DNA of 64,000 bases from Longimicrobiales bacterium (GTDB lineage Bacteria; Gemmatimonadota; Gemmatimonadetes; Longimicrobiales; Gaopeijiaceae): assembly GCA_965226375.1 (NCBI GenBank), contig CBDDCX010000006.1, positions 512,001 to 576,000 of the forward strand. The letters are read 5' to 3'. Positions 19,231 to 29,803 of the stretch are shown here, one piece after another. Numbering within the stretch: position 1 is the stretch's first letter; the number at the start of each line of letters is the position of its first letter. The notes beneath the pieces were generated by a model, which was not told the origin of the DNA, did not search any database, and was given only the letters and a program-made list of their open reading frames with translations. The position numbers were made by a program, and so were the translations under genes.

Positions 19231-20241
19231 ATGGTCAAAGGCCTTCAGAGGGTCCCGTTGCTCGGGATTGTAATGGTCGCTTTGGGATGCGACAACGTGG
19301 AGTGGGGAGGGATCGACGTGGCCCTGAGAGCTCCTTCGGAGCCGACGATCATGGAGACCTCCGCTCCGTCAGTCGACACCACTACCGCACGCACGGACAC
19401 CACGGCCGCAGAATCCGTTCTCTTTGTCGGCCGCCGGGTTGGACCTGAAGCATGGTTGGTGCCTGTGGCTGAGCTACATACCGATGGGCTGCGGCCGCTC
19501 CCCGGAGATGGGTCGGAACAAGAGGTCCAGGCGTTCGCCGAGCGGTATTTCGCACCCGGTGCGACCTTTACTCTCTTCTCCGAAGGGGTGCGCGTGGGCA
19601 CTCTCACGGCAACCGGATACGGCACGGACACCCCTTACTGCGGGGCCAGACCGCAGGTCACCGGTCCCATCGAGCTGGTGCCGAGCGCCGCTGCCACCAC
19701 CACCTTCCTCGCCGTTCCCGACCAAATCGCAGCGACGGTGCCGTACGACGACTATGCGCCCGTGCAGCAAACCCGCGACCTCAGGGTCACTTCGCTCAAC
19801 ATGATGAGGGCGCTCCTACCCACTCTCGGCTCTCCATGGCCCGCATCCGTCCTCGAGATCCGACGGGATATTCAGGTCTTTCGAAGTAGCCCCGACGCGA
19901 ACCCCACGGTCGTCGCGACCTTCGTGTACGACGACTCTCTTCAGGTGGGGCCCGGGTCCGCCAGCGCCTACTCGGTATTCCTCGTAGCCTCCGACCCCGA
20001 CGGCGGAGGGTATCAGACCACGTACGTCGATCACCGGGTATGGAGCCAGCACGGTAAGGGTGCTGCGCGTTATTTCGAGCGGATGGACGTGGACGGCGAC
20101 GGCACACCAGAGCTCGTTCTGGAAGTCTTGGGCGAGAGATCGATCTGGATCTCTGTCTTGAAGCGAAGCGATGACGGCTGGACCGAGCTGTACCGAGACC
20201 CTTGCGGCCTTCCGGCGCCCCCAGGCTCCGGGGCTCCGTGA
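19231..20241 (+). CDS. Hypothetical lipoprotein
   Basis: Lipobox VALGC; C-terminal DVDGDGTPEL (Ca-binding FG-GAP-like) motif. Confidence 0.65.
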   Translation: MVKGLQRVPLLGIVMVALGCDNVEWGGIDVALRAPSEPTIMETSAPSVDTTTARTDTTAAESVLFVGRRVGPEAWLVPVAELHTDGLRPLPGDGSEQEVQAFAERYFAPGATFTLFSEGVRVGTLTATGYGTDTPYCGARPQVTGPIELVPSAAATTTFLAVPDQIAATVPYDDYAPVQQTRDLRVTSLNMMRALLPTLGSPWPASVLEIRRDIQVFRSSPDANPTVVATFVYDDSLQVGPGSASAYSVFLVASDPDGGGYQTTYVDHRVWSQHGKGAARYFERMDVDGDGTPELVLEVLGERSIWISVLKRSDDGWTELYRDPCGLPAPPGSGAP

Positions 20242-20260
20242 CGCGAGTGTCCGGTCGCTA

Positions 20261-21178
20261 GTGTCCACCGTCAGGATTCGGTCAAATGGTCTCCTCCGGT
20301 TCGGCACCTGGGGGCTGATCGCCGCCCAGTTGAGTTGTGCAAGCGACGGCGAGCCCGCTGGAGGCGCGGCTTCCGCGATCGCATCCGGCGGCCCGACGGG
20401 GAACCGCTTTCCCGTCGCAGTCATCGACGACTCGGGTGTTCAGCACCGCTTCGATACTGCGCCCACCAGGATCGTCTCCCTCGTTCCGTCGGCCACAGAG
20501 ACCCTCCTGGCGTTGGGCGTCCGCGAGCACCTCGTGGGCCGAACGGACTATGACCGTCTGCCGGAGCTCGCCGAGTTACCATCGGTCGGAGGTGGACTCC
20601 AGCCCAACCTCGAGGTGCTGGTCTCTCTCGCTCCCGACCTCGTCATCCGGTTCGAAGGCGAGTCGGATCGAGCCACGGCCGACCGTCTGAGCGACCTGGG
20701 CATTCCTCACTTCGCCATCCAACCGGATGGCATCGCGGACGTGCAGGCGAGCATCAGACATCTCGGAGCCATTACCGGCGCTGGCGCTGCCGCCGACTCG
20801 CTCCTGGCGGAGATCCAGGAGGCTCTGGACGATGTGGCGTCGCGTGTCGAAGGCCTACCCCGTCGCAAGGTCATATACCTCATGGGTGGCGAGCCACCAT
20901 GGGTAGCCGGTCCCGGGACGTACATACACGAGCTTATGGTCGCCGGGGGCGCGGAGAACGTCTTCAGTGACCTCGAGGGCTTGTACGGTCCCATCAGCCT
21001 CGAGGAGTTGATCACTCGTGAGGTGGATCTGATCCTCGTCTCAGAGGGTGGTGTTGCTCAGCGCGTGTCCGATGTCGAGCATGCGCCGCTGCCCAGTTGG
21101 GTGGAGGTGCCCGGACCCCGATTGGGAGAGGCCGCCAGAACGATCGCACGCTTGATTCATCCCGGGGCCTTCCGGTGA
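20261..21178 (+). CDS. Cobalamin/Fe-siderophore ABC substrate-binding lipoprotein (BtuF-like)
   Basis: PTRIVSLVPSATETLLALG, PNLEVLVSLAPDLVI, AGPGTYIHEL, PGPRLGEA. Confidence 0.85.
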   Translation: MSTVRIRSNGLLRFGTWGLIAAQLSCASDGEPAGGAASAIASGGPTGNRFPVAVIDDSGVQHRFDTAPTRIVSLVPSATETLLALGVREHLVGRTDYDRLPELAELPSVGGGLQPNLEVLVSLAPDLVIRFEGESDRATADRLSDLGIPHFAIQPDGIADVQASIRHLGAITGAGAAADSLLAEIQEALDDVASRVEGLPRRKVIYLMGGEPPWVAGPGTYIHELMVAGGAENVFSDLEGLYGPISLEELITREVDLILVSEGGVAQRVSDVEHAPLPSWVEVPGPRLGEAARTIARLIHPGAFR

Positions 21179-22164
21179 AGCAGTACGCGTGGGCTGGAGT
21201 GCTCCTCTTAGCGGTAGCGGCCGCGTTCGTGGTGAGCATTTGGCTCGGCTCCGTCCAGCTCACACCCTCGGAAGTAGTCGCTGCGCTGACGGGCGACGGC
21301 GATTCGGTCAACCGACGAATCGTTGTCGAGCTGCGGGCGCCCCGAGCGGCGCTCGCCATACTGGTAGGTGGAGGCCTGGCCCTGGCCGGAGCCGTCTTTC
21401 AGGCGTTACTCCGCAACCCGCTCGCGGAGCCATACATTCTGGGCATCTCCGGCGGTGCTGCCACAGGGGCCGTCTTGGCGCTCGCCCTCGGCCTGGTGGC
21501 CAGTCATTCCTGGGCTCTGCCGGCCGCATCGTTCGCGGGAGCGATCCTGGCCGTGGTGCTCGTGCTGAGGGTGGCGGTGGCCGCCGATAACCGTGTCGAC
21601 GTCCGCGTACTGCTTCTCGCCGGGGTCGTGGTGGGGGCGTTCTTCGCCGCATGTATCGCCTTTGTCTTGTCGGTCTCCGACGCGCGCACGGTACGCAGCG
21701 CGGTCCTGTGGATGATGGGTAGCCTGGCCGGAGCCGATTGGACCACCGTGGGGACCGTGACACTGTACACGGTGCCGGCTGCAGCGCTGCTGGTCGGCCT
21801 CGCTCGCCCGCTCAACCTCATGGCGATCGGCGAGGAGACGGCCGGGTACCTCGGCACCAACGTGGAGGGCGTCAAGAGGACCGCTTACGTGGTGGCTTCG
21901 CTCCTGACCGCAGCGGGCGTTGCCGCGACGGGCGTGATCGGGTTCGTGGGACTCATCGTGCCCCACGGCGTGAGGCTGGTCGCGGGCTCCGACTATCGGA
22001 CTCTGCTTCCCCTGTCCTTCCTTGCCGGAGCTGTTTTTTTGACCTTGGCCGACGTCGTTGCTCGGACGGTTCTTTCGCCCACCGAGGTACCGATCGGTGT
22101 TATTACCGCCTTCGTGGGAGTCCCTTTGTTCCTGGTTCTTCTGCGGCGAAGCTTGGGAGGCTGA
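21175..22164 (+). CDS. FecCD/BtuC-type ABC permease
   Basis: LRAPRA, QALLRNPLAEPYILGISGGA, GVIGFVGLIVPH, EVPIGVITAFVGVPLF. Confidence 0.92.
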   Translation: MKQYAWAGVLLLAVAAAFVVSIWLGSVQLTPSEVVAALTGDGDSVNRRIVVELRAPRAALAILVGGGLALAGAVFQALLRNPLAEPYILGISGGAATGAVLALALGLVASHSWALPAASFAGAILAVVLVLRVAVAADNRVDVRVLLLAGVVVGAFFAACIAFVLSVSDARTVRSAVLWMMGSLAGADWTTVGTVTLYTVPAAALLVGLARPLNLMAIGEETAGYLGTNVEGVKRTAYVVASLLTAAGVAATGVIGFVGLIVPHGVRLVAGSDYRTLLPLSFLAGAVFLTLADVVARTVLSPTEVPIGVITAFVGVPLFLVLLRRSLGG

Positions 22165-22172
22165 GGGCGTTG

Positions 22173-22979
22173 ATGTCCCACCAAGCCAACGCGTTGGAGG
22201 CCGTGGACCTCACGGTCCACTATCCGGGAGCGGACCATGCGGCCCTGGACGGCGTGTCCATGGTCGTTCCCCGCGGAGCCTTCTACGCGGTCCTCGGACC
22301 CAACGGATCAGGAAAGTCGACACTCCTCAGGGCCTTGCTCGGAATGGTCCCCTCGGTGACGGGAGGGACCAGGGTTTCGGGTCGAACCGTTTCGGAGTGG
22401 AACCGGCGGGCCCTGGCCAGGGAGGTGGGTGTCGTAGCCCAAGCGGAGTCCCTTGCGTTCCCACTCACGGTCCGTGATCTCGTAGGCATGGGGCGCTATC
22501 CGTACCTGGGACCGCTTCAGCCCGCGACTCAGACGGACCGGGAAGCGATCCAGCGGGCGATGGAGCGTTGCGACATCTGGGAGCTCGGACACCGATTCGT
22601 CTCGACCCTGTCAGGGGGAGAGCTCCAACGGGCACGAGTCGCCAGGGCACTGGCGCAGGAGCCGAACGTGTTGATGCTCGACGAGCCCACGGCCAGTCTG
22701 GACATCCGCCATGAGATGGAAATCCTCGAACTGCTCAGGTCTTCGGCGGACGGAGGGATGACGATCTTTCTCATCACCCACCATCTCGACCTGGCAGCCC
22801 GCTTCGCAGACCGGGTGCTGCTTCTGGATCAGGGCCGCGTTGCGGCCGAGGGGGAGCCCCGTGACGTCCTTCGGGAAAGCACGCTTCAGCAGGTCTACCA
22901 GTGGCCCGTGGCCGTCGCTGACGATCCAGGTACCGGTGTCCTTCGTGTGACTCCCCTGTCCGGCAGTTACAAATCCTAG
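22173..22979 (+). CDS. FepC/BtuD-type ABC ATPase
   Basis: GPNGSGKST, LSGGELQR, LMLDEPTASLD. Confidence 0.92.
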   Translation: MSHQANALEAVDLTVHYPGADHAALDGVSMVVPRGAFYAVLGPNGSGKSTLLRALLGMVPSVTGGTRVSGRTVSEWNRRALAREVGVVAQAESLAFPLTVRDLVGMGRYPYLGPLQPATQTDREAIQRAMERCDIWELGHRFVSTLSGGELQRARVARALAQEPNVLMLDEPTASLDIRHEMEILELLRSSADGGMTIFLITHHLDLAARFADRVLLLDQGRVAAEGEPRDVLRESTLQQVYQWPVAVADDPGTGVLRVTPLSGSYKS

Positions 22980-23016
22980 GGCTTGGCCGCCTCTGGACTC
23001 GGTCCGGGACAGGACA

Positions 23017-23916
23017 CTAGGACTCGGCCTCTTCGAACAGTATCCGGTAACTCTCGAATCGGCCCGGGTCGACCTCTTCGGCATCGACGGCTTCGCGCAC
23101 GGCGCAATCCGGCTCATGCAGGTGACTACACTCTCGAAAGCGACAACCTGTCGAGAGGGCGCGGAGTTCCGGAAAGCACGTGTCGAGGTCGACCCGGCGT
23201 ACCCCCCAAACTCCGATGTCACTGAAGCCCGGTGTGTCCGCGACGAGTCCGCCACAGCGAAGCTGGATCAGCCGTGAGGAAACAGTGGTGTGGCGACCGG
23301 TACCCCGCTTTCGGCTGAGCTCACCGGTTCTGAGCGCGTGCTCCGGCTCCAGAGCGTTCACCAGGCTCGACTTGCCCACCCCGGACGGTCCGGCCAACGC
23401 CGCGATACCATGACAAAGCTGCTCGGCAAGTGCGTCCATGCCCTCGCCGGTCTCGGCGCTCACCTTCAAGACGCGGTACTCCAAGGGCTCGTAGACCCTC
23501 TGAATCTCCTCCGCCACCTCACCGGCGCCCTCCAGATCCATCTTGTTCAGAACCACGACCGGGGTGACTCCACCATACTCGGCCACGACCAACAGCCGAT
23601 CGATGAGATCACGGCGTGGCTTGGGTCGGCTGGAGGCGAATACGGCGAGGAGTCGATCGGCGTTGGCCACCAGGACCTTGGTGGAGCGGCCTCCGAAGCG
23701 GCTACGTGTGATGGACGTCTCGCGTGGCAGAACCTCTTCGATGACGTGGGTGTCTTCACCCGCCTCGGCAACACGGACTCGGTCGCCGATAACTACCTGA
23801 TCTCCCGTGCGCCGCTCGAGCTTGAGTCGACCTCTCAGGGACGCCTCGACAATACCTCCGCGCTCGAGGGCCACAGTGTACACCCCACCGCCGACGAGGT
23901 GGACCATGCCCGTCAT
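23017..23916 (-). CDS. rsgA: Ribosome small subunit-dependent GTPase A
   Basis: LNKMDL, GPSGVGKSSLVN, GRHTT, DTPGF, CRFRECSHLHEPDCAV. Confidence 0.95.
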   Translation of the reverse strand: MTGMVHLVGGGVYTVALERGGIVEASLRGRLKLERRTGDQVVIGDRVRVAEAGEDTHVIEEVLPRETSITRSRFGGRSTKVLVANADRLLAVFASSRPKPRRDLIDRLLVVAEYGGVTPVVVLNKMDLEGAGEVAEEIQRVYEPLEYRVLKVSAETGEGMDALAEQLCHGIAALAGPSGVGKSSLVNALEPEHALRTGELSRKRGTGRHTTVSSRLIQLRCGGLVADTPGFSDIGVWGVRRVDLDTCFPELRALSTGCRFRECSHLHEPDCAVREAVDAEEVDPGRFESYRILFEEAES

Positions 23917-23942
23917 GTGCTCAGCCAGATCGGCAACCCATG

Positions 23943-23992
23943 AAAAAAAAACCCGCCCTCCACCGAGATCGTCTCATCTCGGGGAGGGCGGG
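23943..23992 (-). terminator. Intrinsic terminator after the sigma factor gene
   Basis: Long GC stem CCCGCCCTCC...GGAGGGCGGG plus a 9-T tract on the minus strand. Confidence 0.85.
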
Positions 23993-24009
23993 GCTTCCCT
24001 GCCTACGTG

Positions 24010-24918
24010 TCACGCCGCGAACGACTCCAGCGCGTCTCCCTTGCCGCCCTCGCGAAGCCTCCGCAGGGCCCGGTCGCGCAGCTGGCGAATACGCTCGCGC
24101 GTCACACCCAGCATGTTGCCGATCTCCTCGAGCGTATGCTCACGCTCGCCCTCGAGCCCGAAGTACAGGCGGAGCACCCTGGCGTCACGCGCCTCGAGTG
24201 TTTCCAGCGCAACCCCGACCGTCTCGGTTAGAAGCCGGCTCTCGACCTCTTGCTCAGGCTCGGCCGCCTCTTCGGTGATGAACCGCTCGACCAACTGTGA
24301 ATCCTCGCTGTCTCCGATGGGAGCATCGAGCCGGATCTCAGCCGCGTTGAGGGTCTGGAGAGATTCGATCAACTCCGGTGTCAGGTCCGTCGCCGAACTC
24401 AACTCGTCGGCCGTGGGCTCACGATTGAGTTCCTGCTTGAGGCGTTCCTTCTCACGGAAGATGCGCGCCAGATCGGACGCCCGGTTGAGCGGCACTCGAA
24501 CCGCGCGCCCGTGGTTGGCCAGAGATGCCAAAATCGCCTGACGAATCCACCAAACTGCGTAACTGATGAATTTCACGCCCTGCTCGGGATCGAACTTCCT
24601 AGCGGCCGTGACCAAGCCGACGTTGCCTTCCTGAATCAAATCCGTGAGCGCGACACCCCGATTCTGATACTTCTTGGCCACGCTGATGACGAATCGCAGA
24701 TTCGCTCGGGCGAGTTCTTGGATCGCCTCCTGGTCACCCTTCTGAGCGAGTGCGCCGAGCTCCTTCTCCTTGTCGGGGCTGATGAGCTCGTGGCGGCTTA
24801 CGTCCCTCAGATACTGATCCAGGGCGGTCTTTTCTTCGATGCTAGCGTCAAAACCGGCCAGGGGGTTCCCCCGCCCTTTCCGCCTCTTACGCGTAGTCGC
24901 TTTGGAAGCCGTAGCCAT
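24010..24918 (-). CDS. RpoD/SigA-type sigma-70 factor, short form lacking region 1.1
   Basis: LDQYLRDV, ANLRFVISVAKKY, DLIQEGNVGL, FISYAVWWIRQ, TLEEIG...VTRERIRQ. Confidence 0.92.
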   Translation of the reverse strand: MATASKATTRKRRKGRGNPLAGFDASIEEKTALDQYLRDVSRHELISPDKEKELGALAQKGDQEAIQELARANLRFVISVAKKYQNRGVALTDLIQEGNVGLVTAARKFDPEQGVKFISYAVWWIRQAILASLANHGRAVRVPLNRASDLARIFREKERLKQELNREPTADELSSATDLTPELIESLQTLNAAEIRLDAPIGDSEDSQLVERFITEEAAEPEQEVESRLLTETVGVALETLEARDARVLRLYFGLEGEREHTLEEIGNMLGVTRERIRQLRDRALRRLREGGKGDALESFAA

Positions 24919-25315
24919 CGAACGTCTATCTCCTAACTACTCAGGGTTCTTCTCGTTAATCCGACCCTCGCAGGTCGGAGCTGCGTCCCCGTGGGGTATG
25001 CAGCCATTCAAGATATCGGCATACCTTCTTGATGTCTAGATGTTCCGGGCGCCACTTGGACCGTGCACCACGAAGGGGACTCCCACCCGCAGGCACGCGT
25101 CCGGCCACCCGTGACGTGATCTCGATCGCTTCGGCGTCTAACCTCAGAGGCGGCGAATCAGGCAAGTTGGTGGCCACCCTTTGCTAACCCCACGGCCCCC
25201 TCCGGTTCCCCTTTCCTTGAGGTTCGGACTCCGCTTGCGAGGTCCCCCCTTTCTTTGCGCATCTTCCCGCCGCAGTTAAGCTTCCTGCTCAATCTTCTCT
25301 CATCCTGGAGCACCA

Positions 25316-26062
25316 TTGGCACTCACGTGGCGGGTTGCCGGCACCTCGGACCCCGGGCTCAAGCGAAGCCGCAACGAGGACACTCTACTCCTCGACGAAA
25401 CCAGCGGCATCGTGATCGTGGCCGATGGCATCGGTGGCCGTCCTTCCGGTGATGTCGCGTCCGCAGAAGCCGCACGAACCGTCCGGGAAGGCCTGACGTC
25501 CGAAGAATCCGCACTTGGCTGGGGCGAGAGAATGACTGAGGCGGTCAAGCTGGCCAACCGCAACATTTGGGAGGCCGCCCTGGAGGAGCCGGACAACGCG
25601 GGTATGGGCACCACCGTAACCGCACTCGCCATGCAAGGCGACTCTGAGCAATGGGTTATCGGCCACGTGGGTGACAGCCGAGCCTACCTCTTCCGGGATG
25701 GACAGCTCGAGCGCATCACTCGCGACCACACGGTCGTGCAGGAGCTCGTGGAGTCGGGAGCCTTGACGCTGTCGGCAGCGGGGGGGCATCCGCTACGCCA
25801 CCTCATCAACCGAGCGGTCGGGACCGCGGTAGAAGTCGAGTCCAATATCTTCGCCGGATCCGTCCGTGCCGGCGACATCTTCCTTCTGTGTACGGACGGC
25901 CTGGCCGGTCTGATGACGGACGACGAGCTCCAGGAGGCACTCGAGGGCCTCACGTCGGACGGTCTAGACGAGATCACTGACGGCCTGGTTGCGGAAGCTC
26001 ACGCTAGGGGCGCACCGGATAACGTCACGATCGGCTTCCTGGCGATCGACGAAGCGAGTTGA
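25316..26062 (+). CDS. PP2C-family Ser/Thr protein phosphatase
   Basis: RSRNED, VADGIGG, GMGTT, HVGDSRAY, LLCTDGL, DNVT. Confidence 0.92.
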   Translation: MALTWRVAGTSDPGLKRSRNEDTLLLDETSGIVIVADGIGGRPSGDVASAEAARTVREGLTSEESALGWGERMTEAVKLANRNIWEAALEEPDNAGMGTTVTALAMQGDSEQWVIGHVGDSRAYLFRDGQLERITRDHTVVQELVESGALTLSAAGGHPLRHLINRAVGTAVEVESNIFAGSVRAGDIFLLCTDGLAGLMTDDELQEALEGLTSDGLDEITDGLVAEAHARGAPDNVTIGFLAIDEAS

Positions 26063-26065
26063 GGA

Positions 26066-27358
26066 TCAGGTCACCGGGCGGGTGATCCTCTCCAACACGA
26101 GATCCCGGTCCAATGAACGGCGCTCGAAGGTGAACACCCTGAGAACCCGAGTGGTCGTGTAGAGCTCCTGCGCCAGGCGCGGCAGGTCGATGACACCCGG
26201 AAGCCCCCCCAGACCCAGCCGCTGGACTTGGCCCGTCCGCCTTTCGATGAGCAAGTCCAACTGGAACATGGTTCGCTTGGCGGGAAAGTCGATGACGACC
26301 TCGCCGGGCTCGAGACCGACTTCTTCTGCCAACTGATCCTCCACGGCCCTCTTCATGGCCGTCTCGGAGACCGCCCAGTCCTCTACGGCGCGATCACCCA
26401 ATTCAGCAGCCGTAACTTCCAGCGCACGCTTGGGAAGCTTTCGGGTTCTGAGGGCCGGAAGCCACCGCGTCGCAAGTCTCTCCGCAATGGGGCTGTCGGA
26501 CGCGCGAGCCCGGCGCGTGATCTCGTAGATCAACTCTTCGTCGGTAGGACCGACGAGCTCCTCAGGGTCGAGGATCTGATCCCGCACGGCCTCATCAACG
26601 ATTCTCTTGTAGAGAGCTGTGGCGGCGCGTACGGCGTGGTGCCAATACACGTTCCTGAACATCTGGTACTTGGCAAAGAGCAGCGACTCCAGTGCCGCCA
26701 CTCCCTTCTCGTGGACCCCGATCTCAGCACGGCCGGTCGCCGGGTCGGTGAGGACTGCGATTCCCTGGAGCAACCGGTCCACGTCCACCTCCCCGTAGGG
26801 GACCCCGCAGAAGCGGGCGTCCCTCCTGAGGTATTCCATCTTGTCCAGGTCCAGGCTGCCCGCCACCAGGCCTCCGAGGGGGTTGTCGCTCCGTCCCTGT
26901 ATCAAAGCGTGGAGCTTGGGCCCGGCATCGGGTCCGATGGTCGCCAGCGCCTCGTTCAACTCGGGCGAGTCGAAGAACCGCACGCTGATCGCCTCATGAT
27001 CGCCTGGTAGCAGATCAGACTCCAACTCCTCCAGGGCATGTGAGAACGCATAGTGGCCGATGTCGTGCAGGAGCGCCGCATAAGGCACCAACAAGGCCTC
27101 ATCCCCGATATCCTCGGGCATGCGATGCGTTTCCTTCATGCTACGGATGGCCGTAACCGTGAGGTGATAGACGCCGAGGGCGTGGTCGAAACGGGTGTGG
27201 GTCGCACCCGGATAGACGAGATGCGCAAAACCGAGCTGTCGAATGTAGCGTAGCCTCTGGAAGGCCTGAGTATCGACGATGCGCATGGCGGTCGCATCCA
27301 GTCGAATCGTATTCCACAGAGGGTCTCGAACGACCCGATCCCGGCTCTCCGAAGGCAT
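26066..27358 (-). CDS. HD-domain phosphohydrolase (SAMHD1/YwfO-like, dNTP triphosphohydrolase family)
   Basis: FQRLRYIRQLG, HTRFDHALG, LLHDIGH, LDLDKMEYLRRD, VYWH. Confidence 0.85.
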   Translation of the reverse strand: MPSESRDRVVRDPLWNTIRLDATAMRIVDTQAFQRLRYIRQLGFAHLVYPGATHTRFDHALGVYHLTVTAIRSMKETHRMPEDIGDEALLVPYAALLHDIGHYAFSHALEELESDLLPGDHEAISVRFFDSPELNEALATIGPDAGPKLHALIQGRSDNPLGGLVAGSLDLDKMEYLRRDARFCGVPYGEVDVDRLLQGIAVLTDPATGRAEIGVHEKGVAALESLLFAKYQMFRNVYWHHAVRAATALYKRIVDEAVRDQILDPEELVGPTDEELIYEITRRARASDSPIAERLATRWLPALRTRKLPKRALEVTAAELGDRAVEDWAVSETAMKRAVEDQLAEEVGLEPGEVVIDFPAKRTMFQLDLLIERRTGQVQRLGLGGLPGVIDLPRLAQELYTTTRVLRVFTFERRSLDRDLVLERITRPVT

Positions 27359-27393
27359 GGGCGGACGTTAGCGGCTCGGCGCCATGCAGAGCA

Positions 27394-28575
27394 ATGGCTC
27401 TTTGGGACAGCGCCCCTTATACTTACCGAAGGAAAAGCGAAAGTCCTGTCACCCCGACCCTAGAGGACGTGCCGACCTCCGCCCTCCGCGACCACGTCCG
27501 TAGCCACGCTGAGAACCGCCCCGGCATCTATCAGATGCTCGGTGTCGACGGGCATCCCCTGTACGTGGGTAAGTCGGTGAAGGTGAGGACGCGTCTGCTC
27601 TCATACTTCCGTGCACCGCCGGGTGACAAGGCCGCAAACCTGATCCGCGAGACCGGTCGGATCCGCTGGGAATACATCCCGAACGAATTCTCGGCGCTGG
27701 TTCGGGAGATGAAGCTCATTCAGCGCTGGCAACCACGCTTCAACGTTAAGCACAAGCCTAAGCGGGTCTACGCGTTCGTCAAACTGACCAGGGAGATCGC
27801 TCCACGCATCCTTCCCGTCACCCGGGTCATCGCCGACGGATCTCTCTACTTCGGCCCGTTTCCAGCCGTAGGACAGGTAGGCGCCACGGTGCGAGAGCTC
27901 GCACACGCGGTCGGCTTGAGGGACTGCCCGGGCGCCACGCCGGTGTTCTTCGACGATCAGCTCGAGATCTTCAAGGGCGGGCGCACTCCGTTGTGCATGA
28001 GAGCGGAGCTGGGCACGTGCCTCGCCCCGTGCTGTGGCGGCAGCACCGGAGACGCGTATCAGAGACAGGTGGAGGTGGCCCGCCGGTTCCTCGAGGGTCG
28101 GACCCGTGAGCCCTTGATCGGACTGGAGCGTCGAATGGAGCAAGCTGTGGATCGGCTGGACTTCGAGTACGCGGGTGTCCTCAGGGACCGCGTCGCGCGG
28201 CTTCAGGCCTTCCAGGACCGCCTCGCCGCGTTCAGAGGTCGTGTAGAGAGCCTGACGTTCCTCTACCGAGTGCCGGGCTTCGCCGGCGACGATCGCGTCT
28301 ACCTGATCCGCCGGGGTCGCATCCAGCGCGACTACGTGTATCCGAAGTCGAGGCGGGACCGGGACAGGGTATCAACAGCCGTAGAGGACGTATACCGGAA
28401 CATCGACCGGGGTCCCGCGGCGCTTCGACCACACGAGGCCGCAGAGATCCTACTCGTGGCCCGCTGGTTCGAGCTTCGACCCAAGGAGCTGAAGCGGACC
28501 GTAACACCTAAACAATGGCTCGAGCACAGGTCCATACGTCGCAGTCGACGCACCAAGCGCGAGGTCTTGGCATGA
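27394..28575 (+). CDS. UvrC N-terminal-like (Cho-type) GIY-YIG endonuclease with UVR domain
   Basis: PGIYQM, LYVGKS, RLLSYF, QPRFN, Cys cluster CLAPCC, LDFEYAGVLRDR; no RNase H or HhH C-terminus. Confidence 0.8.
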   Translation: MALWDSAPYTYRRKSESPVTPTLEDVPTSALRDHVRSHAENRPGIYQMLGVDGHPLYVGKSVKVRTRLLSYFRAPPGDKAANLIRETGRIRWEYIPNEFSALVREMKLIQRWQPRFNVKHKPKRVYAFVKLTREIAPRILPVTRVIADGSLYFGPFPAVGQVGATVRELAHAVGLRDCPGATPVFFDDQLEIFKGGRTPLCMRAELGTCLAPCCGGSTGDAYQRQVEVARRFLEGRTREPLIGLERRMEQAVDRLDFEYAGVLRDRVARLQAFQDRLAAFRGRVESLTFLYRVPGFAGDDRVYLIRRGRIQRDYVYPKSRRDRDRVSTAVEDVYRNIDRGPAALRPHEAAEILLVARWFELRPKELKRTVTPKQWLEHRSIRRSRRTKREVLA

Positions 28576-29759
28576 CGCAGCATCTCGAAGGTCTTCGAGT
28601 GGTCGATCTGACACAGAACCTCGCCGGACCATACTGCACACAGATCCTCGGTGATCTCGGTGCAGAGATCGTGAAGATCGAGCCACCCCGAGGGGATGCG
28701 GCTCGGGCCTGGGGTCCGCCCTTCTGGGGCGGCGAGAGCCCCCTGTACCTCTCCGCGAACCGGAACAAGCGGAGCGTCTGCCTCGACCTGAAGACCGATC
28801 GTGGCAAAGAGATCGTCTGGAAGCTGATCGAGGAGGCCGACGTCTTCATACAGGCCCTTCGAGGAGGAGTCGTCGATGAGCTGGGGCTGGACTACCAATC
28901 GGTGAACGCCAAGCATCCCGAGATCATCTACGTGTCCGTAGCCGCGTACGGGCATACGGGCCCACTCAAGGACCGGCCCGGCTACGACCCGCTGATGCAG
29001 GCCTACAGCGGCATCATGTCGGTGACCGGGCATTCCGAGACCGGCCCGGCCCGCGTGGGTGGCTCAGTGGTGGACTTCGGCACGGGCATGTGGGCGGCAT
29101 TGGGTATCCTGTCGGCCCTGCACCAACGCTCCGATACCGGGCAGGGCTGTCACGTGACGACGTCCCTCTTGGATACGGCGGTCGGTTGGGTCTCCTATCA
29201 CCTCATGGGTTATCTCGCTGACGGCCATGTACCGGGACCCATGGGATCTCGTCTTGCCATGATCGCTCCGTACGGAGCGTTTCCCACGAGTGACGGGCAA
29301 CTGATGATCGCCGCCGGTAATGACGCTTTGTTCGCCCGGCTGGTCACGGCGCTCGATCTCCCGGACGTCGCGGATGATCCTCGATTCGTGACCAACCCCG
29401 ACCGGGTCGCGAATCGCGACGAGCTCTTCACGATCCTGGCGGCTGAGACAGGGAGATACTCCACCCGGGAACTGTTGAAGCTCCTCGGCGAGCACGCGGT
29501 GCCGGCGGCGCCCATCCAGAACATGGCGGCCGTAACCACGGACCCACAGGTCGCGGCGTCGGGCATGCTTCCGTTCGTCGACCATCCACAGATCCCCAAC
29601 TACCAGGACGTAGCCATCCCGGTTCGGTGGGATGGTGAGCGGCCTCGCACACGTACTGCGCCCCCCCGCGCCGGGCAGCACACTCGCGAGGTTCTGGCCG
29701 AATTGGGCTATGGACCCGACGAGATCGACGAGCTATTGGATGCCGAGGTCGTGGCCTAG
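28572..29759 (+). CDS. CaiB/BaiF family III CoA transferase
   Basis: LEGLRVVDLT, AGPYCT, NRNKRSV, PGYDP. Confidence 0.92.
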   Translation: MTQHLEGLRVVDLTQNLAGPYCTQILGDLGAEIVKIEPPRGDAARAWGPPFWGGESPLYLSANRNKRSVCLDLKTDRGKEIVWKLIEEADVFIQALRGGVVDELGLDYQSVNAKHPEIIYVSVAAYGHTGPLKDRPGYDPLMQAYSGIMSVTGHSETGPARVGGSVVDFGTGMWAALGILSALHQRSDTGQGCHVTTSLLDTAVGWVSYHLMGYLADGHVPGPMGSRLAMIAPYGAFPTSDGQLMIAAGNDALFARLVTALDLPDVADDPRFVTNPDRVANRDELFTILAAETGRYSTRELLKLLGEHAVPAAPIQNMAAVTTDPQVAASGMLPFVDHPQIPNYQDVAIPVRWDGERPRTRTAPPRAGQHTREVLAELGYGPDEIDELLDAEVVA

Positions 29760-29764
29760 GGTCC

Positions 29765-29795
29765 TGAGTCAGAAGTCCGCCGGAATTCTGACTCA
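29765..29795. terminator. Hairpin between convergent genes
   Basis: TGAGTCAGAA...TTCTGACTCA perfect 10-bp arms. Confidence 0.5.
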
Positions 29796-29803
29796 ATAGG
29801 ACC

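Noticed and set aside
19135..20260. Cobalamin riboswitch ahead of the btuFCD-like genes
   Set aside because: The intergenic gaps are short and no B12-box was recognised, so the substrate is left unassigned
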